The notes below the pieces were generated by a model, which made no database searches, was not told where the DNA came from, and saw only the letters and a program-made list of their open reading frames with translations. A stretch of DNA of 64,000 nucleotides from Octopus vulgaris (Eukaryota): contig OX597817.1 of the NCBI GenBank assembly GCA_951406725.2, forward strand, positions 87,172,001 through 87,236,000, given 5' to 3'. Position 1 is the first letter of the stretch, and each line of letters opens with the position of its first letter. The position numbers and the translations under genes are program-made. Below, one piece after another: positions 43,461-57,477 of this stretch.

Positions 43461-44236
43461 TATTCTCCATTGAAGCCACAAAACTGAAAGATAACACATT
43501 GAAATGTTAATTAAATTTATAGGACAACATAAGTTTCCTAAAATTATTATTGGCACAATTGTAGTTCCTGTCATACAAACTGACGAGAAAATACCAATTA
43601 GAATACATTTCATCGTACAACTATTGGAGCAAGTTTCTTCTGAGAAAACAAAAATAACAATCAAGTATATTCGAGCCAATCGGGGCCTCTGAACTATCCT
43701 CCCTCCTTTCGACTCAATATGCTTAATTATGAGATTTGATCATAGACATCTAAGACGAAAAACATCTCAGTCGAGATTATCTCGTCTTTTTGCATGTCAG
43801 GAACGATATTCTTCAGTATACTTCAGTACACACTAGGATAAGATTTGAGGAAGATTTGACAACTAATTGTATACGCCGAGCAACCAGGTATAAGCTCCCT
43901 TATTGAACAGTGAGATTTGCTGAGATACAATGGCGTCTCTGTTTTGAGGTGGTCATGGCAATGATATAGCAGGTAGACCAGGCGATATTCTTCACTGCCA
44001 GAAAACAACCCACTCTGCCTCTCTCTTGTTATTTATCTTTTTTCTTTCTTTCTTTCTATTATTTCTCTGCGAAATTTTCATAAAGAGGTTGGTGTAAGAA
44101 CCAGAATGTGGTATGAGTTACATCGGTTATATTATACAGAGAAGTGGTTGCTCTGAGAGGCGGTGTGGGATATAAATTAATTAGGCAGGGTGTGTTGGTG
44201 GGTGAAAGGAAGACTACGCAAATATATATGTACGAA

Positions 44237-44272
<36 letters not shown>

Positions 44273-44988
44273 CACACACACATACATATATACATAATAC
44301 ATATATAGATACATACATACATGCATACATACATACATACATACATACATACATACACATATACTTCCCAAAACCAATATAATTACTATTATCACTAAAT
44401 CTTTTCACTTTATCGTGCCTTCTGGCTAATCGCTTCGCACAAGAAGGTATTTTAGATGTAACTTCGATGTGTATATATATATATACACGTATGCTTATAT
44501 ATGTAGGTATATGCGCGCGTGTATGCAAGCATTTATATATATAGTGTCTCTTTTAAATTAAAGTTTGTCTTTTAACTTATCTTTTCATACAATTTTGTGC
44601 AATACATTTAAATATCATGCTATTGTTTTGTTGCTTTATCGTTTGCTTAATCTCTCGCTCTGATGTAAATCTCAACTGCAATACTCGAGGCAGGGTTTGT
44701 AGTTGTTGATTCAGAAACATGTTTTTAATCACTAACGGAATCTTGTCGTTGAACGATTATATCAGTAGAATACATATCCACATTAAGAAGCAATCTATAT
44801 TGATATTGACCTGCATAACTCGTTTAATAAATGTACGTGTATTCTACTACATTGATACGAACGTATGCTTTTAGAAATTCATACACAAATATGAAATAAT
44901 TTTATTGCATATTCGATCCATATTCACATAGATACTGATATACAAACACATACAAGAGCGCATTACACACGATTTCTTTTGCATGTAG

Positions 44989-45032
<44 letters not shown>

Positions 45033-45806
45033 ACAAGCGCGCGCGCACACACACACACGTATGTAAATAGATACATAGATACATATATATGCATACATGT
45101 GTGTGTTTATGCGTATGTATGTGTGTGTTTATGTTTATGTATGTATATATGTATGTGCATAAGTCATGTATATATATAATTATATATCTAATGTTATTAT
45201 TTCATTTTATTTGAGATTCGGTTTCTATATCTTTTTTGTATGTTTTTTAGAGAAATAATTATATATTCTAATTACTTTATAATTATAGGCCAGATGTCAA
45301 CTAATTACTATCCTAAAGTTTTGTCGTTCGTTTAATTTATTTTTATTTCATTTTAAAATTTTCATTCCGTTTATTTAATTCTCACATTGAGTTTTCCCGT
45401 ACCTCATCATACAATTCTTCCAATATAGATGCATCAATGTATGTGCTATATACTATCGGCATACTTGTACAAGCCTGCTGGAGCAATAAAAAGTTCACTT
45501 CGTTACCATGTAGTTCTCGATTTGGTATCAACGCAGTGCAGAGTATAGTCAGTAAGTGCTTACTATTTTATTTGATGTTTTACCTAAGTGTTGCGAATTA
45601 AGCTGGTTACACCGAAACTGTTAGAAACCTGGTTAATTGTGCATTTTGTAATCATATGGTCAGGAAATAGAACTAAATACCCCGGAAATTAGGACCAGCG
45701 TATCCTAATCCTATTTTTGCCTCACGTTAATTGACACTTAGAGATTAGGATTTGAAAGATAGACATTGTGCAGGAGCCCATCAAATATATATATCGTGCG
45801 TGTGTA

Positions 45807-45902
<96 letters not shown>

Positions 45903-46089
45903 GCGTTTTCTGCGATGACTGATTATACACACACATACACACACACACACACATATATATAAATACACACACACAAACAAACAAACACACGCATACACGG
46001 GTTTGAGCATATGCATGTGCCCGTTTAGTTGCGAGGGCAAGTGCTTGTATGTGCATATGTCTTTGTGTATGTGGTGTGCATGCGTGTGT

Positions 46090-46129
<40 letters not shown>

Positions 46130-46723
46130 TAACTAGAAACAAATGAATTTCTCAAGGCATATCATAATCTGTCTTGTCAAATCAGATATTTATCTTTAGG
46201 GAGAGAGAGTGAAAGAAAAAAAAAGAGAGAGAGAGAGAGAGATAGTCTCGGGAAATACAATTAATAGTGCTTGCGGAGGCTACAATAATGCCGTCGGAAA
46301 TGAAGAACTGATTACCTAGATTTAAAATTTTGTCTAATTTATTTTGATATTTCGTCCGTAAAATGCCTGTGACAAAAAGTGTAATGTTGAATGGGGAGAT
46401 TTTGCCGCGAGACTAGGAGAGATAGATCACCCAATGGCTTTTATTCATTACACACATTTGTAGGCTTTGATATTATAAAAAATGGATGATGACAATAAAA
46501 AACACAACAAACATTGACACATACAAACAAACAAACATACATGCACAAATACACAAGCACAAATAAGTCAGCTAACCATACTTATAAAATGTGCCATTTT
46601 GGCACAGTATAGTATAACTATAAAACAAATGCTGAAGACAATAACATTCCAGAAAAATTTCTAGAACAGAATTGTGATGATTATGAAATAAGAAAATGGA
46701 AATTAAATATCAACATACATATT

Positions 46724-47285
46724 GGCGCAGGCGTAGCTGTGTGGTAGGAAGCTTGCTTCCCAACCACACAGTTCTGGATTCAGCGTGGCACCTTGAGCAA
46801 GTGTCTTCAAATATAGCCTCAGACCGACCAAAGCCTTGTGAGTGGATTTGGTTGATAGAAACTGAAAGAAGTCCGTCTTTCTGCTCTTCTAGTAACGTCA
46901 TATGGTTTTATCGCCATCTCACTCTGTCTTTTCTGTACATCGGTCCAATGGGACGCCGCTTGGCCGACCGATTCGCGGAACACCTTCAAGACATCAGACC
47001 CGGTCTCGTGCCATTTCCGCCCGACAGGTCATTTGCTACAACATATATCTGTGTTCAGACTATCTTTGCACAGGAGTCCTCCGGACTCCCACCTTCGCCG
47101 TGAACAAGAATTAATCTTTTCACTTCGCTCCTTTGCATAAGTTAGTGTTTCGGCATAAGAGACCGATAGAATAAGTGCTAGGTTTACAAAGAACAAGTCC
47201 TGGGGTCGATTTATTCAGCTAAAACCCTTGAAGGCGGTGTTCCAGCATCGCCACAGTTAATTGGCTGAAACAAGTAAATGATAAA
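46724..47285 (+). mobile_element. tRNA-SINE family A head and tail separated by a PLE fragment
   Basis: Head at 46724-46877, tail at about 47140-47285. Confidence 0.75.
46878..47137 (+). pseudogene. GIY-YIG endonuclease fragment of a Penelope-like (Neptune-type) element
   Basis: FCSSSNVIW...LYIGPMGRRLADRFAEHLQDIR, then after a frameshift LRREQELIFSLRSFA. Confidence 0.85.
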
Positions 47286-48730
47286 ATATAGTGAGTGTGT
47301 TCCTTTTGTGTACAAAATGAATGAAATATGCTAAATCAGTAAATAGGACTTAAGCGTAGAGCACATATTTGGTTGGTAATGGCAATTTTATTCGTTGCTA
47401 GATTATTCCCATAAGCTTTTGCTGCCTGCAAAAAGCGCGGCATGAACACTGGGCATTGTTCCAATTGGCGTAGGAGCAAGAAAGAGCAACCTGAAGCATA
47501 GTCATGTCTTCAATATACACGTGCACACGCACGCGCATAAAACCACAGGTACATATACTTACCTACATGAATACATACCTACAGACATTTACATGTATGT
47601 ATGTATTTATGTACGAAATTATATGTGTAAATGCAGTTTTACATATATGCATCTAACTAGCTAGCTACACACACACAAATCACACTGACACACTAACACA
47701 CATGCATACATGCACATGTAAACATATATGTATATGTACATATAGAGACACTAAGTGGGAAAGAGACAAATAGGCAGAGAGAGAAAAAAAAGAGAGTTGA
47801 TAGGTATATAGCTAATTGCGCGCGCGTGTGTGGGCACGTACATGTAGGAGTGCTAATGGAAAGCAAATGTGACAGCTTCACTTGCCTAACATAATAGGCA
47901 TCCGTGCAACACACTGCTATTCACCTCTACAATTTTATTACAATCAGCAAACGAATTTACCTGAGGATTAATCGATAATTCACCGATGGTTATATTCTCA
48001 TGGCTATTCATTACTGCTACATGAAGTCTATTTCACCTTCTGTATTTAAGACTTGAAATATCTCATAGACCACGTTCTATGTTCCAACAACACTATTGCC
48101 TGTTGCACAATAAAGCAACTCAGTCGTACAATATTCTTCAAATATATATATAATTATTAAACCAGGCTCCATTGAGTAAGAGGCACGTTAGAGAACCATT
48201 AGCGATATCGAAAAGGTCTTCAGAATATCATTCTCCAAGTCAATGTGATCAACCAGCCAAAACCGATTAACTTCACTCAAGCGTTTCTACCGAATTGTAA
48301 CAACATGAAAATTGTATGGGTACATTTATTTATGTATTTATATAATTCTTCTGTCACGATTTGTGAACAACAACGTCCAGTATTGCAAGTCTCCAACAAG
48401 CCATTCACTGGTTGAATGTAGTTCTCACAGCGGAGTTACTAGGTAGTGTCACCGGTTTAATTTGCTTCTCAAAAAGAAACAAACGAACATATACGTATAT
48501 ATACATGTATATCTCTTATTATAAAAGGCAGATTTTATCTGCCTCCCTTTGTCTCTTATAGAAATCTACAATATAGGATTTCTTCAATTACAATTTACCT
48601 AGCATTTTTAAGAGTAAAATACATCGGGTCGTGCCAGGTACAGTTTTTCAAATTTCACCCCCAATTAAGCAAAATTTCGAGAAAACTCACATTGTGGTGT
48701 GTAAATGAAGTGCTTTTCTTAGTGTGGGCT

Positions 48731-48767
<37 letters not shown>

Positions 48768-49511
48768 AGCGAAATGCTTCACTCATGCTTATCACCCTAA
48801 TTTCTCCTCCTTTCTCTTTGCAAGTGTGCAACGATTAAAGTGAAAATATTTATATAAAACGAGAGAAGTGTACCTTAAACCACTACTCAAAAAAAACACA
48901 CAGCAAACAGAAACAAATAAATACATAACGATTTACTCCTCACACAATTTCTTCAATTAGAGTTTACCTATGATTTTTCAAAGTACTTCCATTCGGTCAT
49001 GGCATACAAAATTTCTTTCAATTTCACCCCCATTTCAGAAAAAAATTCGAGAAAACTAAATATTTTACCATTTCACTCTTTCACTCTGCATATTACTCCC
49101 ACTTCCTCTTTACACACATAGACACGCAAATATATAAATAAAATTGTAAGCTAACGTGTGTGTGTGCGTGTGTGTGTGAGTGTGTGTGTGTATGCGTGTG
49201 TGTGTGTGAGGGTGCGTGTGTGTCTGTGTGTGTGTGTGCGTGTGTGTGAGTGTGTGACAGGGATGAGCCAGTCAGACTGGTCATCCTTTTTGCTAGAAGA
49301 TCACCTATGGTCTTTTATGCTACACCACTGGTTTTCAGTTCGTATTAATCAAATTAATATTCACAACAAGAAGGACTATTCATTATAATACATCAGTTCC
49401 ACACATTTACTCTGGTTCCATTTCGGACAACTGCACAAACATTTGCCATTTCACACATGTATGTAAACAAATTCCTTTCTTAAAAATTTCAATTCATTTT
49501 ATTTTTCAATT

Positions 49512-50198
49512 CATACAAAGTTTTTTAGGACGAATATAAGATCTAAAGTATATCCAAGTAGCAGAAAGATCTCCCAAAATTGTATATAGATATTTAAATG
49601 TATTTATATATTAATCTATACACAGATGTATGTATAATGTGTGTGTATATATTTCCATAGAGGTAACCTTTCACTCCATACAAAGTTATTTAGGACGAAT
49701 ATAAGATCTAAAGTATATCCAAGTAGCAGAAAGATCGCCTAAAAGTGTATATAGATATTTAAATGTATTTATATATTCATCTATACACAGATGTATGTAT
49801 AATGTGTGTGTATATATTTCCATAGACGTAACCATTCACTCCGCACAAAGTTTTTTAGGACGAAAATAAGATCTAAAGTTATCTCTAAGTAGCACAAAGA
49901 TCGCCCAAAAGTGTATATAGATATATAAATGTATTTATATATTCATCTATGCACACATGTATGTATAACGTGTGTGTATATATTTCCATAGAGGTACCAT
50001 TCACTCCATACAAAGTTTTTTAGGACGAAAATAAGATCTAAAGTTATCTCTAAGAAACAGAAAGATCGCCCAAAAGTGTATATAGATATTTAAATGTATT
50101 TATATACTCATCTATACACACATGTATGTATAATGTGCGTGTATATATTTCCATAGAGGTAACCATTCAATCCATACAAAGTTTTTTAGGACGAAAAT
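49512..50198. repeat. Tandem array of 165-bp units (4 full + 1 partial) inside the Helitron
   Basis: The motif catacaaagttttttaggacgaa recurs at 49512, 49677, 49842, 50007 and 50173. Confidence 0.95.
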
Positions 50199-50431
50199 AT
50201 TTATATATAAAAGAAAGGTTGTGTGTCTGTCTACTCCGATTTAGATTCCTAACTACTCCCACATTTTGCGATGCAGTTTAACCAAAACCGGGTATCTTAT
50301 AGTCGTGATTCATATCGAGCCCTTCTGGGTATTAGCGCGCGTCTACGATGAGTCTATGATTTTACAAATAATTTACCATCATTTTTTTCCATTTTAATGC
50401 ATATTTCTTTAAATAAAGGGAAGTAACTCTC

Positions 50432-50940
50432 AAACTTCACACCAATATGCGTGCTCATATGCGACGTAATATCACATCAGCAGCATTTCCGCACACCCTC
50501 CTTGCACTTGGCGAAGGCAAAATACCAGGGGGTGAAAATGGTAATATTGCCATCGATTCCATTTGTACCATTGTTAAGACGCCTTCTGATCTCAGAGATG
50601 CAGTGTTCCCAAATCTACAAGCTAATTATCAGAATATGGATTGGATTGGCAAAAAGGCTATACTGGCCCCGAGAATAAAACTGTTCACCATATTAATGAT
50701 GAAATGCTAAAACTCATTCCTGGGGAAGTCTATGTATATCAGTCTATCGATACAACTCCTGACCCAGAGGACGTCATCAACTATCCAATAGAGGTACTCA
50801 ATTCCTTTGAGCACCCCGGACTACCACCACATTTTCTCAAACTTAAAGTTGGTGCCCCTATAATGCTCATCAGAAATTTGGTTCCCCCAAAACAATGCAA
50901 TGGCACACGTTTGATCGTTAAATCCTTATCTCCCACCGTA
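50432..50940 (+). pseudogene. Pif1-like helicase fragment (Helitron Rep/Hel)
   Basis: LHTNMRAH..LLALGEGKIP..KAILAPR, frameshift, then YPIEVLNSFEHPGLPPHFLKLKVGAPIMLIRNL..CNGTRLIV. Confidence 0.92.
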
Positions 50941-51062
50941 AACTTATATCAATATTTGCCTGAATAATCATCATAATTCAGTGCAATCATTAACAGTACT
51001 TTCAAGCAATTCAGCCCCGAGCAACGCCGGGCAATTCTGCTAGTGTATATATATATATGTAC

Positions 51063-51114
<52 letters not shown>

Positions 51115-51356
51115 GAAGCACAGTTGAAACACTCCTGTCACAACCTGGGACCTTGAAGACTGCTTTAATGCAAGAAAGTATACTAGTCCCTTAATATTTG
51201 ATATTCAATATTTCATCTATTCAATAAGACAATCAATACTTCATTTCATTTTACTATATATACTATTTATACTATATATTCTATATTCTACATTAATATT
51301 ATAAAGAATATAAATAAAACATAAAAAAACAGACAGAGTTGGAATTCCTTTGAATA

Positions 51357-51407
<51 letters not shown>

Positions 51408-51898
51408 TATATATGTATGTATATATATATGAGTATGTATGTATATATATCTAACCAAAAGGAGAGTGTAGATTTACTCACATCCAAAACTTTTAATTTA
51501 AAGTTTTCTGCAGCATATATAACTAGGACCAACATATGTTTCCACTGCAACAACTACACATTGCTCTGTATGCAATTATGTATCCTAGTTGCTGCAATTT
51601 CATCAAACGTCCATCACGTACAACGTCTTCAAAGTGAACTAATTCAAACAAACTCCCTGCGTTGGTAACCAGTTGAGGGTGATAGCGTTACCATTTAAAT
51701 CAAACTGAATTCTGGTCTTATAATCACCTCTACTGGTTTTTGCAGTTGAATAGTGGTTTTTAAAGGTTTATTTATATTACAATTAATATTTATATTATAA
51801 TTTATATTACAACTGTGGTAGTTTTGTTTACATTTTACTTTATGGAGTACACTATTTCTCCAAAGAGGTATTTCACTTATTTTGCGTTTATATCCTCA

Positions 51899-51964
<66 letters not shown>

Positions 51965-52001
51965 GTTGTTGTTGTTGTTATTATTATTATTATTATTATT
52001 A

Positions 52002-52092
<91 letters not shown>
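51899..52092. repeat. (ATT)n microsatellite with GTT interruptions
   Basis: Directly visible. Confidence 0.98.
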
Positions 52093-52094
<2 letters not shown>

Positions 52095-52151
52095 GCATAA
52101 ATATAATTAACTATCACAATCATTATTTGAACTAGTATAATTACTATAGAT

Positions 52152-52925
52152 CAGGAATGTCAAACTCAATTGCATGGGGTGGGGGGCAAAACTCAAAACA
52201 CACTTTAGGTCGCGGACCGAACAGGATAAACATTTATTGAACAGACTAAAACTTTTTCAACATGATCATATACTGAAACAGATGGTATATAATTTTATTC
52301 CAAAAATAAATTAACTTTAACTCAAAATTTGCTCTGCATAAAAATATCTCCAGTCAAAATTATAAAAATTTAAGATAAGAACATGTTGCAAAAAAAAACT
52401 AAGAAAGAAGATATAAATAAAAAATGTGTTTTTTAGTGGAAATTAAAATAAATCAAAACTTTCAATTTTATTTATGCAATTTTCTCCGAGTTACATACCT
52501 GGCATCTTTTCTTGGCAATGAGTTCATTGATGTTCTGGGCAAGATTCTGTGTTGTTGAGACACTCAAGATGGATTGCAGGTGTTCATCTGTGAGATGATT
52601 GTTATGTGACACTTTACTCACCTTCATCACAGAGAACAACAACTCGCACAGATATGTGCTTCCAAACAAAGACAGCGTTCGAGCTGCATGTAAACGGAGT
52701 TGGAGCATTGCTTGAGGTATGAAGCGAGTGAACTGTGCTTACCCCTCAGAGTCGTACTTTGCTTTTAATGTCCCATTACACTGCAGTTCTATCAGCTCCA
52801 TGTGAATCTGTACAGGTACAGCTTCCACATTGACGGCAAATGGGTTGCGAAGCAGCTCGAAATTATTTTTCTGTGCTTCAAAGTCACTAAAGTGCCGTGC
52901 GAATTCAGTGCGGAGCGCATTCAAT
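52152..52925 (-). mobile_element. hAT (Charlie/SPIN/GTF2IRD2-like) transposon 3' fragment
   Basis: TIR caggaatgtcaaactc. Protein NPFAVNVEAVPVQIHMELIELQC..LFGSTYLCELLFSVMK...HLTDEHL (hAT dimerisation domain). Confidence 0.9.
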
Positions 52926-55347
52926 TTATTATTTAATACGCAAAGCGAACAATTGAAATGTAATCGATAGGCAGGACTACATACTTTAGTATTTAGTTGA
53001 CATTCCCTTTGCAGTTTTTAATTCAGAAACTCTTTTTGGCATTGAACTGATGAGCTTTGTGATTGTCTCTTGTGGAATTTCTGCCCACCATTCACGCAAC
53101 AATCGAAACAAATCATCTTTAGATTTAGGTTTCTGCTGAGTTTTTCGTATAGTATGCTCCAAAGATTTTCATTTGGGTTCATGTCAGGAGATTGGCTCGG
53201 CCAAGGAAGCCCTAGCCTGGCTGCAGATTGATGACTAAAACTGGTAAAAGATAAAAGATACGCGCATCACATATGTTTGACTTATCAAGCAACTTCATAC
53301 AGGGAAATCCGAAATTTTTACCCCGACAGGAACAGAGTTTTGCTAGGAAAATTACCGGTACATAAAAAATTGTCATGTATATCTTTTAAAAACGTGCAGT
53401 ACCTATCTTACACTTTTTGTATTTTACACACTTGTTTTTGCACAAGTGATAACGCTGTCTATAATGATTTATCTCACCTGTTTATAACATACTAATTGAA
53501 GTCTTATTTATTATATGGCTGGTAGTATTGGAAAATACTCATCTGTTAGTAGCATCAAGTAATGTTAGGTCTATAATTTATTGATAGTTAAACAATAGAA
53601 TTGTTACTGATAACATATACATTGCCGATACACAAATGAGAAATTTGTTTTAATTGTATTTTAAATTCATACATGTTTATATTCATTGCATTAAAGTACA
53701 TTGTAATTAATACAATTTACATATGTAAATATTTATTTAGCTATAACATAAAACAAATTTCATTTGTATCGTTGCAATACGTTTATGTTTTTCAATAGCA
53801 ATAGTATTGTTGAACAAGCAAGCAATTACGATGTACTGATATAGCATTTTTATACCACCGACAGATGCGTATCTTCCCAATATTATTTGTCGTTTGATAG
53901 TAAGACAGACTTACGCATATGTGTGTTCGAATACATACATGTACATATATTACAATTTTACATGAAAACATTTATACATAAATATTAATAAGTATTAATA
54001 CATGTGCACATGTGTATGTACGGGTGTCTGTGTGCATATTCCTCTGTTTTACGTTAACAAAGCCTGTCTCCTGCATATAATTCATGTATATTTATGCATT
54101 CACTCATATATCGCTTCTGTTTTCTATATTTTATTGACCGTTTCCTTATTGCTATAGTTAGATCGTTCTATCAATAAAATATGTTGTGTTTCTTCATGCA
54201 CCGCTTGCATTACACACGCAGGTTGTTATACATTATTCACTTTGATATATTTATTGTGTGCATGTATATGTATGTGTACATGTATGCTTGTGTATGTGTG
54301 TGTATGTTTGTGTGCGTGCGCGTGTGTGTACAAATGGCTTCGAGGTTGCGGTTGCGAAGGAAATATGGGAATTCAGTTTTCTATATATGTATACATGTAT
54401 GTATATAATAGCTAACGAATCCGGTAATTCTCGGGAAAGCGAGGCTTATCCCTTGGTTTCGTTCTCATAATTGCTTCGCTAATCCAATAACAACAATACA
54501 AAGTGTGTAGCCCTTAAAACGGTTTTTGTGCATTTACAGAGAATACCGAAGTGTCTTACATAGGATCTTAGTTTTAGGAATTCCCAATAAGTTATGTATA
54601 CCCAAATTGCAAAGTCAGTTATATAATAACATGAAATTAGTTACTCGATAGTAAGAATTCAAATAAAGTAGACTCGAAAAGTGCTTTAATCCGTTCCCAG
54701 AGTATATCGAACATATGAGGAAATACTAATAAAATATGTATACTAAAATCATGAAGCATGTTAAGTAATAACAGGCTAATCAGATATGAGATAATAACAA
54801 TTCAAAGTAAATAACTCTGAAAAGGGCTTTTTTGCGTTCCCAGAGAATATTACCTTGAGGGGCGTTAGTGTTGTTATATTCGTGAATAAGTCACTAACCG
54901 AAATAAGTAGTTCTATTGTTTAGGAAAATACTATTTACTTGTTTAAGGGTTGTGCTAGATAAATTGCGGAAATAACTCTGACATTTCAAATACTTAGAAA
55001 TAATTATACTAAATTTAATTTGTTCCAAATAATTTAGGATAATGAATGGGTTATTTCCCTTGTTTTTTTAAATAGAATATATTAGATATATATAACGATC
55101 CCTTCCAGGGGCCCTATTATCGATTTTTTCAATAATCTGAGTATGCCATGAGTTCTTGTCAAGTTTCATCAAAATCGATAAAACGTTGTAGGAGGAATTA
55201 GCTAACTCCACAAACACACTCTCAGATAGAATTCTCCACAAATGTAGTAGATATATGTATGCATGCATGTATCTCTCTCTCTCTCTCTCTCTCTCCCTAT
55301 GTATATATATATATAGATACATAGATATAAGATATAAATATATATAA

Positions 55348-55396
<49 letters not shown>

Positions 55397-55425
55397 CATG
55401 CATATATATACATATATACATACAT

Positions 55426-55483
<58 letters not shown>

Positions 55484-56159
55484 GGGTCGGGTTCAGCACA
55501 TACGTATATATATATATATATATATATCACCTACAAATACATGTGCATGTGCGAACATATCCATACATTTACATGTACATGCACACATACATATAAATAT
55601 ACATATACAGTTAAATACACTGGTACCATACCTGTACCATGAACTTGTACCATACATATATGTATATACTGATGCAAACATATAAGCATCAACATATATA
55701 CGTGTATTCACACACACATATATCACACATATATATACACACACATACGCGCACACAGTAAAAGAAAAACGAAAATCATACACACACTCGTCAACTGTAT
55801 CGACAATATAGCTTATATGTATACAATATATAAAAATGATGTGCTAGCAACAGTATTTATAACATCTGGCACAGTAACATCGGAATGATATACGCAGTAT
55901 GATAGATTTCGTATTAAAAGAAGTAGTCAAATGTCAGATAAAGAGACCTCTTGAGTATAGGACGAAACAAATACGTATAATGTATATCTTCTAAACATGC
56001 AAGTAAAAAGAAATAATATTCATTTTTATGATGTAATTAAAGTATTCTTCAATAAATGAATGCGTTTGAAACAGCTGTAGTGAAACATTAACCCATTTAT
56101 GTTTTTATTATATATATATATATATATATATGATATTTATGTATGTATATGTATGTGTG

Positions 56160-56233
<74 letters not shown>

Positions 56234-56328
56234 TAATTAGAGACAAAACCACTATTATGCAAATCAAACAAAGAATGACTTAATCCAATACATAAAAATT
56301 CTATATAAATTAAATAAAATTAAGTTAT

Positions 56329-56374
56329 CCACTACAATTGTTTCTTGTCACTTCTAAGGACATTCATCAGGTGG
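56329..56374 (-). ncRNA. Minimal hammerhead ribozyme motif with an intact core
   Basis: CCAC-CTGATGA-A-TGTC cttagaagt GACA-A-GAAA-CAATTG-TA-GTGG. Confidence 0.82.
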
Positions 56375-56422
56375 TTTCAAGACCTTCTATTCAATTTTAA
56401 AATTGAATAGAAGGTCTTGAAA

Positions 56423-56468
56423 CCACCTGATGAATATCCTTAGAAGTGACAAGAAACAATTGTAGTGG
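56423..56468 (+). ncRNA. Minimal hammerhead ribozyme motif (mirror copy with one stem II mismatch)
   Basis: CCAC-CTGATGA-A-TATC cttagaagt GACA-A-GAAA-CAATTG-TA-GTGG. Confidence 0.78.
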
Positions 56469-56609
56469 ATAACTTAATTTTATTTAATTTATATAGAATT
56501 TTTATGTATTGGATTAAGTCATTCTTTGTTTGATTTGCATAATAGTGGTTTTGTCTCTAATTAATATTATATAATATTTTACTATAAAATTGGATTCAAT
56601 AGTTGATCT

Positions 56610-56663
56610 CTGATTGGCTGTATGCAAATGAGTTCATAACTGGGATCCGGAAGTCTCGTGAGA
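56610..56663. promoter_or_regulatory. Compact cluster of promoter-type motifs (CCAAT, octamer, ETS, TCTCGCGAGA-like)
   Basis: ctgATTGGct at 56613-56617, ATGCAAAT at 56622-56629, CCGGAAGT at 56647-56654, TCTCGTGAGA at 56654-56663. Confidence 0.4.
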
Positions 56664-56934
56664 AAAAATTTTTGCCGGCGGCATTTATTTTAGAGGTAGC
56701 AATACACACGCACACACACACACAAACAAGCACCCACACGCGCGCGCGCGCACGTACATTTGTGTATGTATGAATGTATGTATGTATGTATGTATGTATG
56801 TATGTATGTATGCATGCATGAATATATATTTCAGAGTTTACTCCCTTGCCCCTTGTCCGTTAAGTTTTTATTAACGCTAATGCAGAAACATCCTTTACGT
56901 ATATCTTTTATCTTTTAATCATTATCTTTTATCT

Positions 56935-57188
56935 TTTAATCATTTAAGTCATGAGACTGCGGCTACGCTGAAACACCGCCTGGAAGATTCTTATTTTTTT
57001 ATAAACGCTGGAACTTTCTCTACCGGTTGCTTTTGCCGCCGAACGCTAAGTTACGGAGACGTCAGCACACCAGCACCGGTTATCAAGCGGTGGCGGGGAG
57101 ACAAGTACAGACACCAACACACACACAAATATATGTATGTATATCAATATATCTATAAATGTGTGTGTATGTATTTTTTGTATGTATG

Positions 57189-57238
<50 letters not shown>

Positions 57239-57257
57239 CTGTATATGTATATATATA

Positions 57258-57312
<55 letters not shown>

Positions 57313-57477
57313 CATACATGTACATATATATATATTTATATATATATATGCGTAGGGTTTCTTTCAGTTTCCGTTTATATGATCACCAGGCTTTGATCGT
57401 CTCGAAGATATAGTAGATTGAACCCGGAACCATGTGGTTGGGAAGCAAGCTTCTTACACACAGCCACGCTTGCGCCT
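56935..57477 (-). mobile_element. tRNA-SINE family A with an expanded internal (TA)n
   Basis: Tail at about 56935-57125, head at about 57350-57477. Confidence 0.78.

Larger units (their letters stand above)
48512..51043 (+). mobile_element. Composite non-autonomous Helitron
   Basis: A|TC start, 3' hairpin cccg..cggg then CTAG|T. Contains an internal Pif1 helicase fragment and a tandem array. Confidence 0.85.
56229..56568. repeat. Spacerless 340-bp palindrome (170-bp arms, one visible mismatch)
   Basis: Centre between 56398 and 56399 (caatttt|aaaattg). Follows a (TA)n tract. Confidence 0.97.

Noticed and set aside
49512-50198. Regularly spaced repeats suggestive of a CRISPR array
   Set aside because: Whole 165-bp units are repeated with no unique spacers, and the context is a eukaryotic Helitron.
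50432-50967. Host PIF1 gene
   Set aside because: Frameshifted, intronless fragment bounded by Helitron termini.
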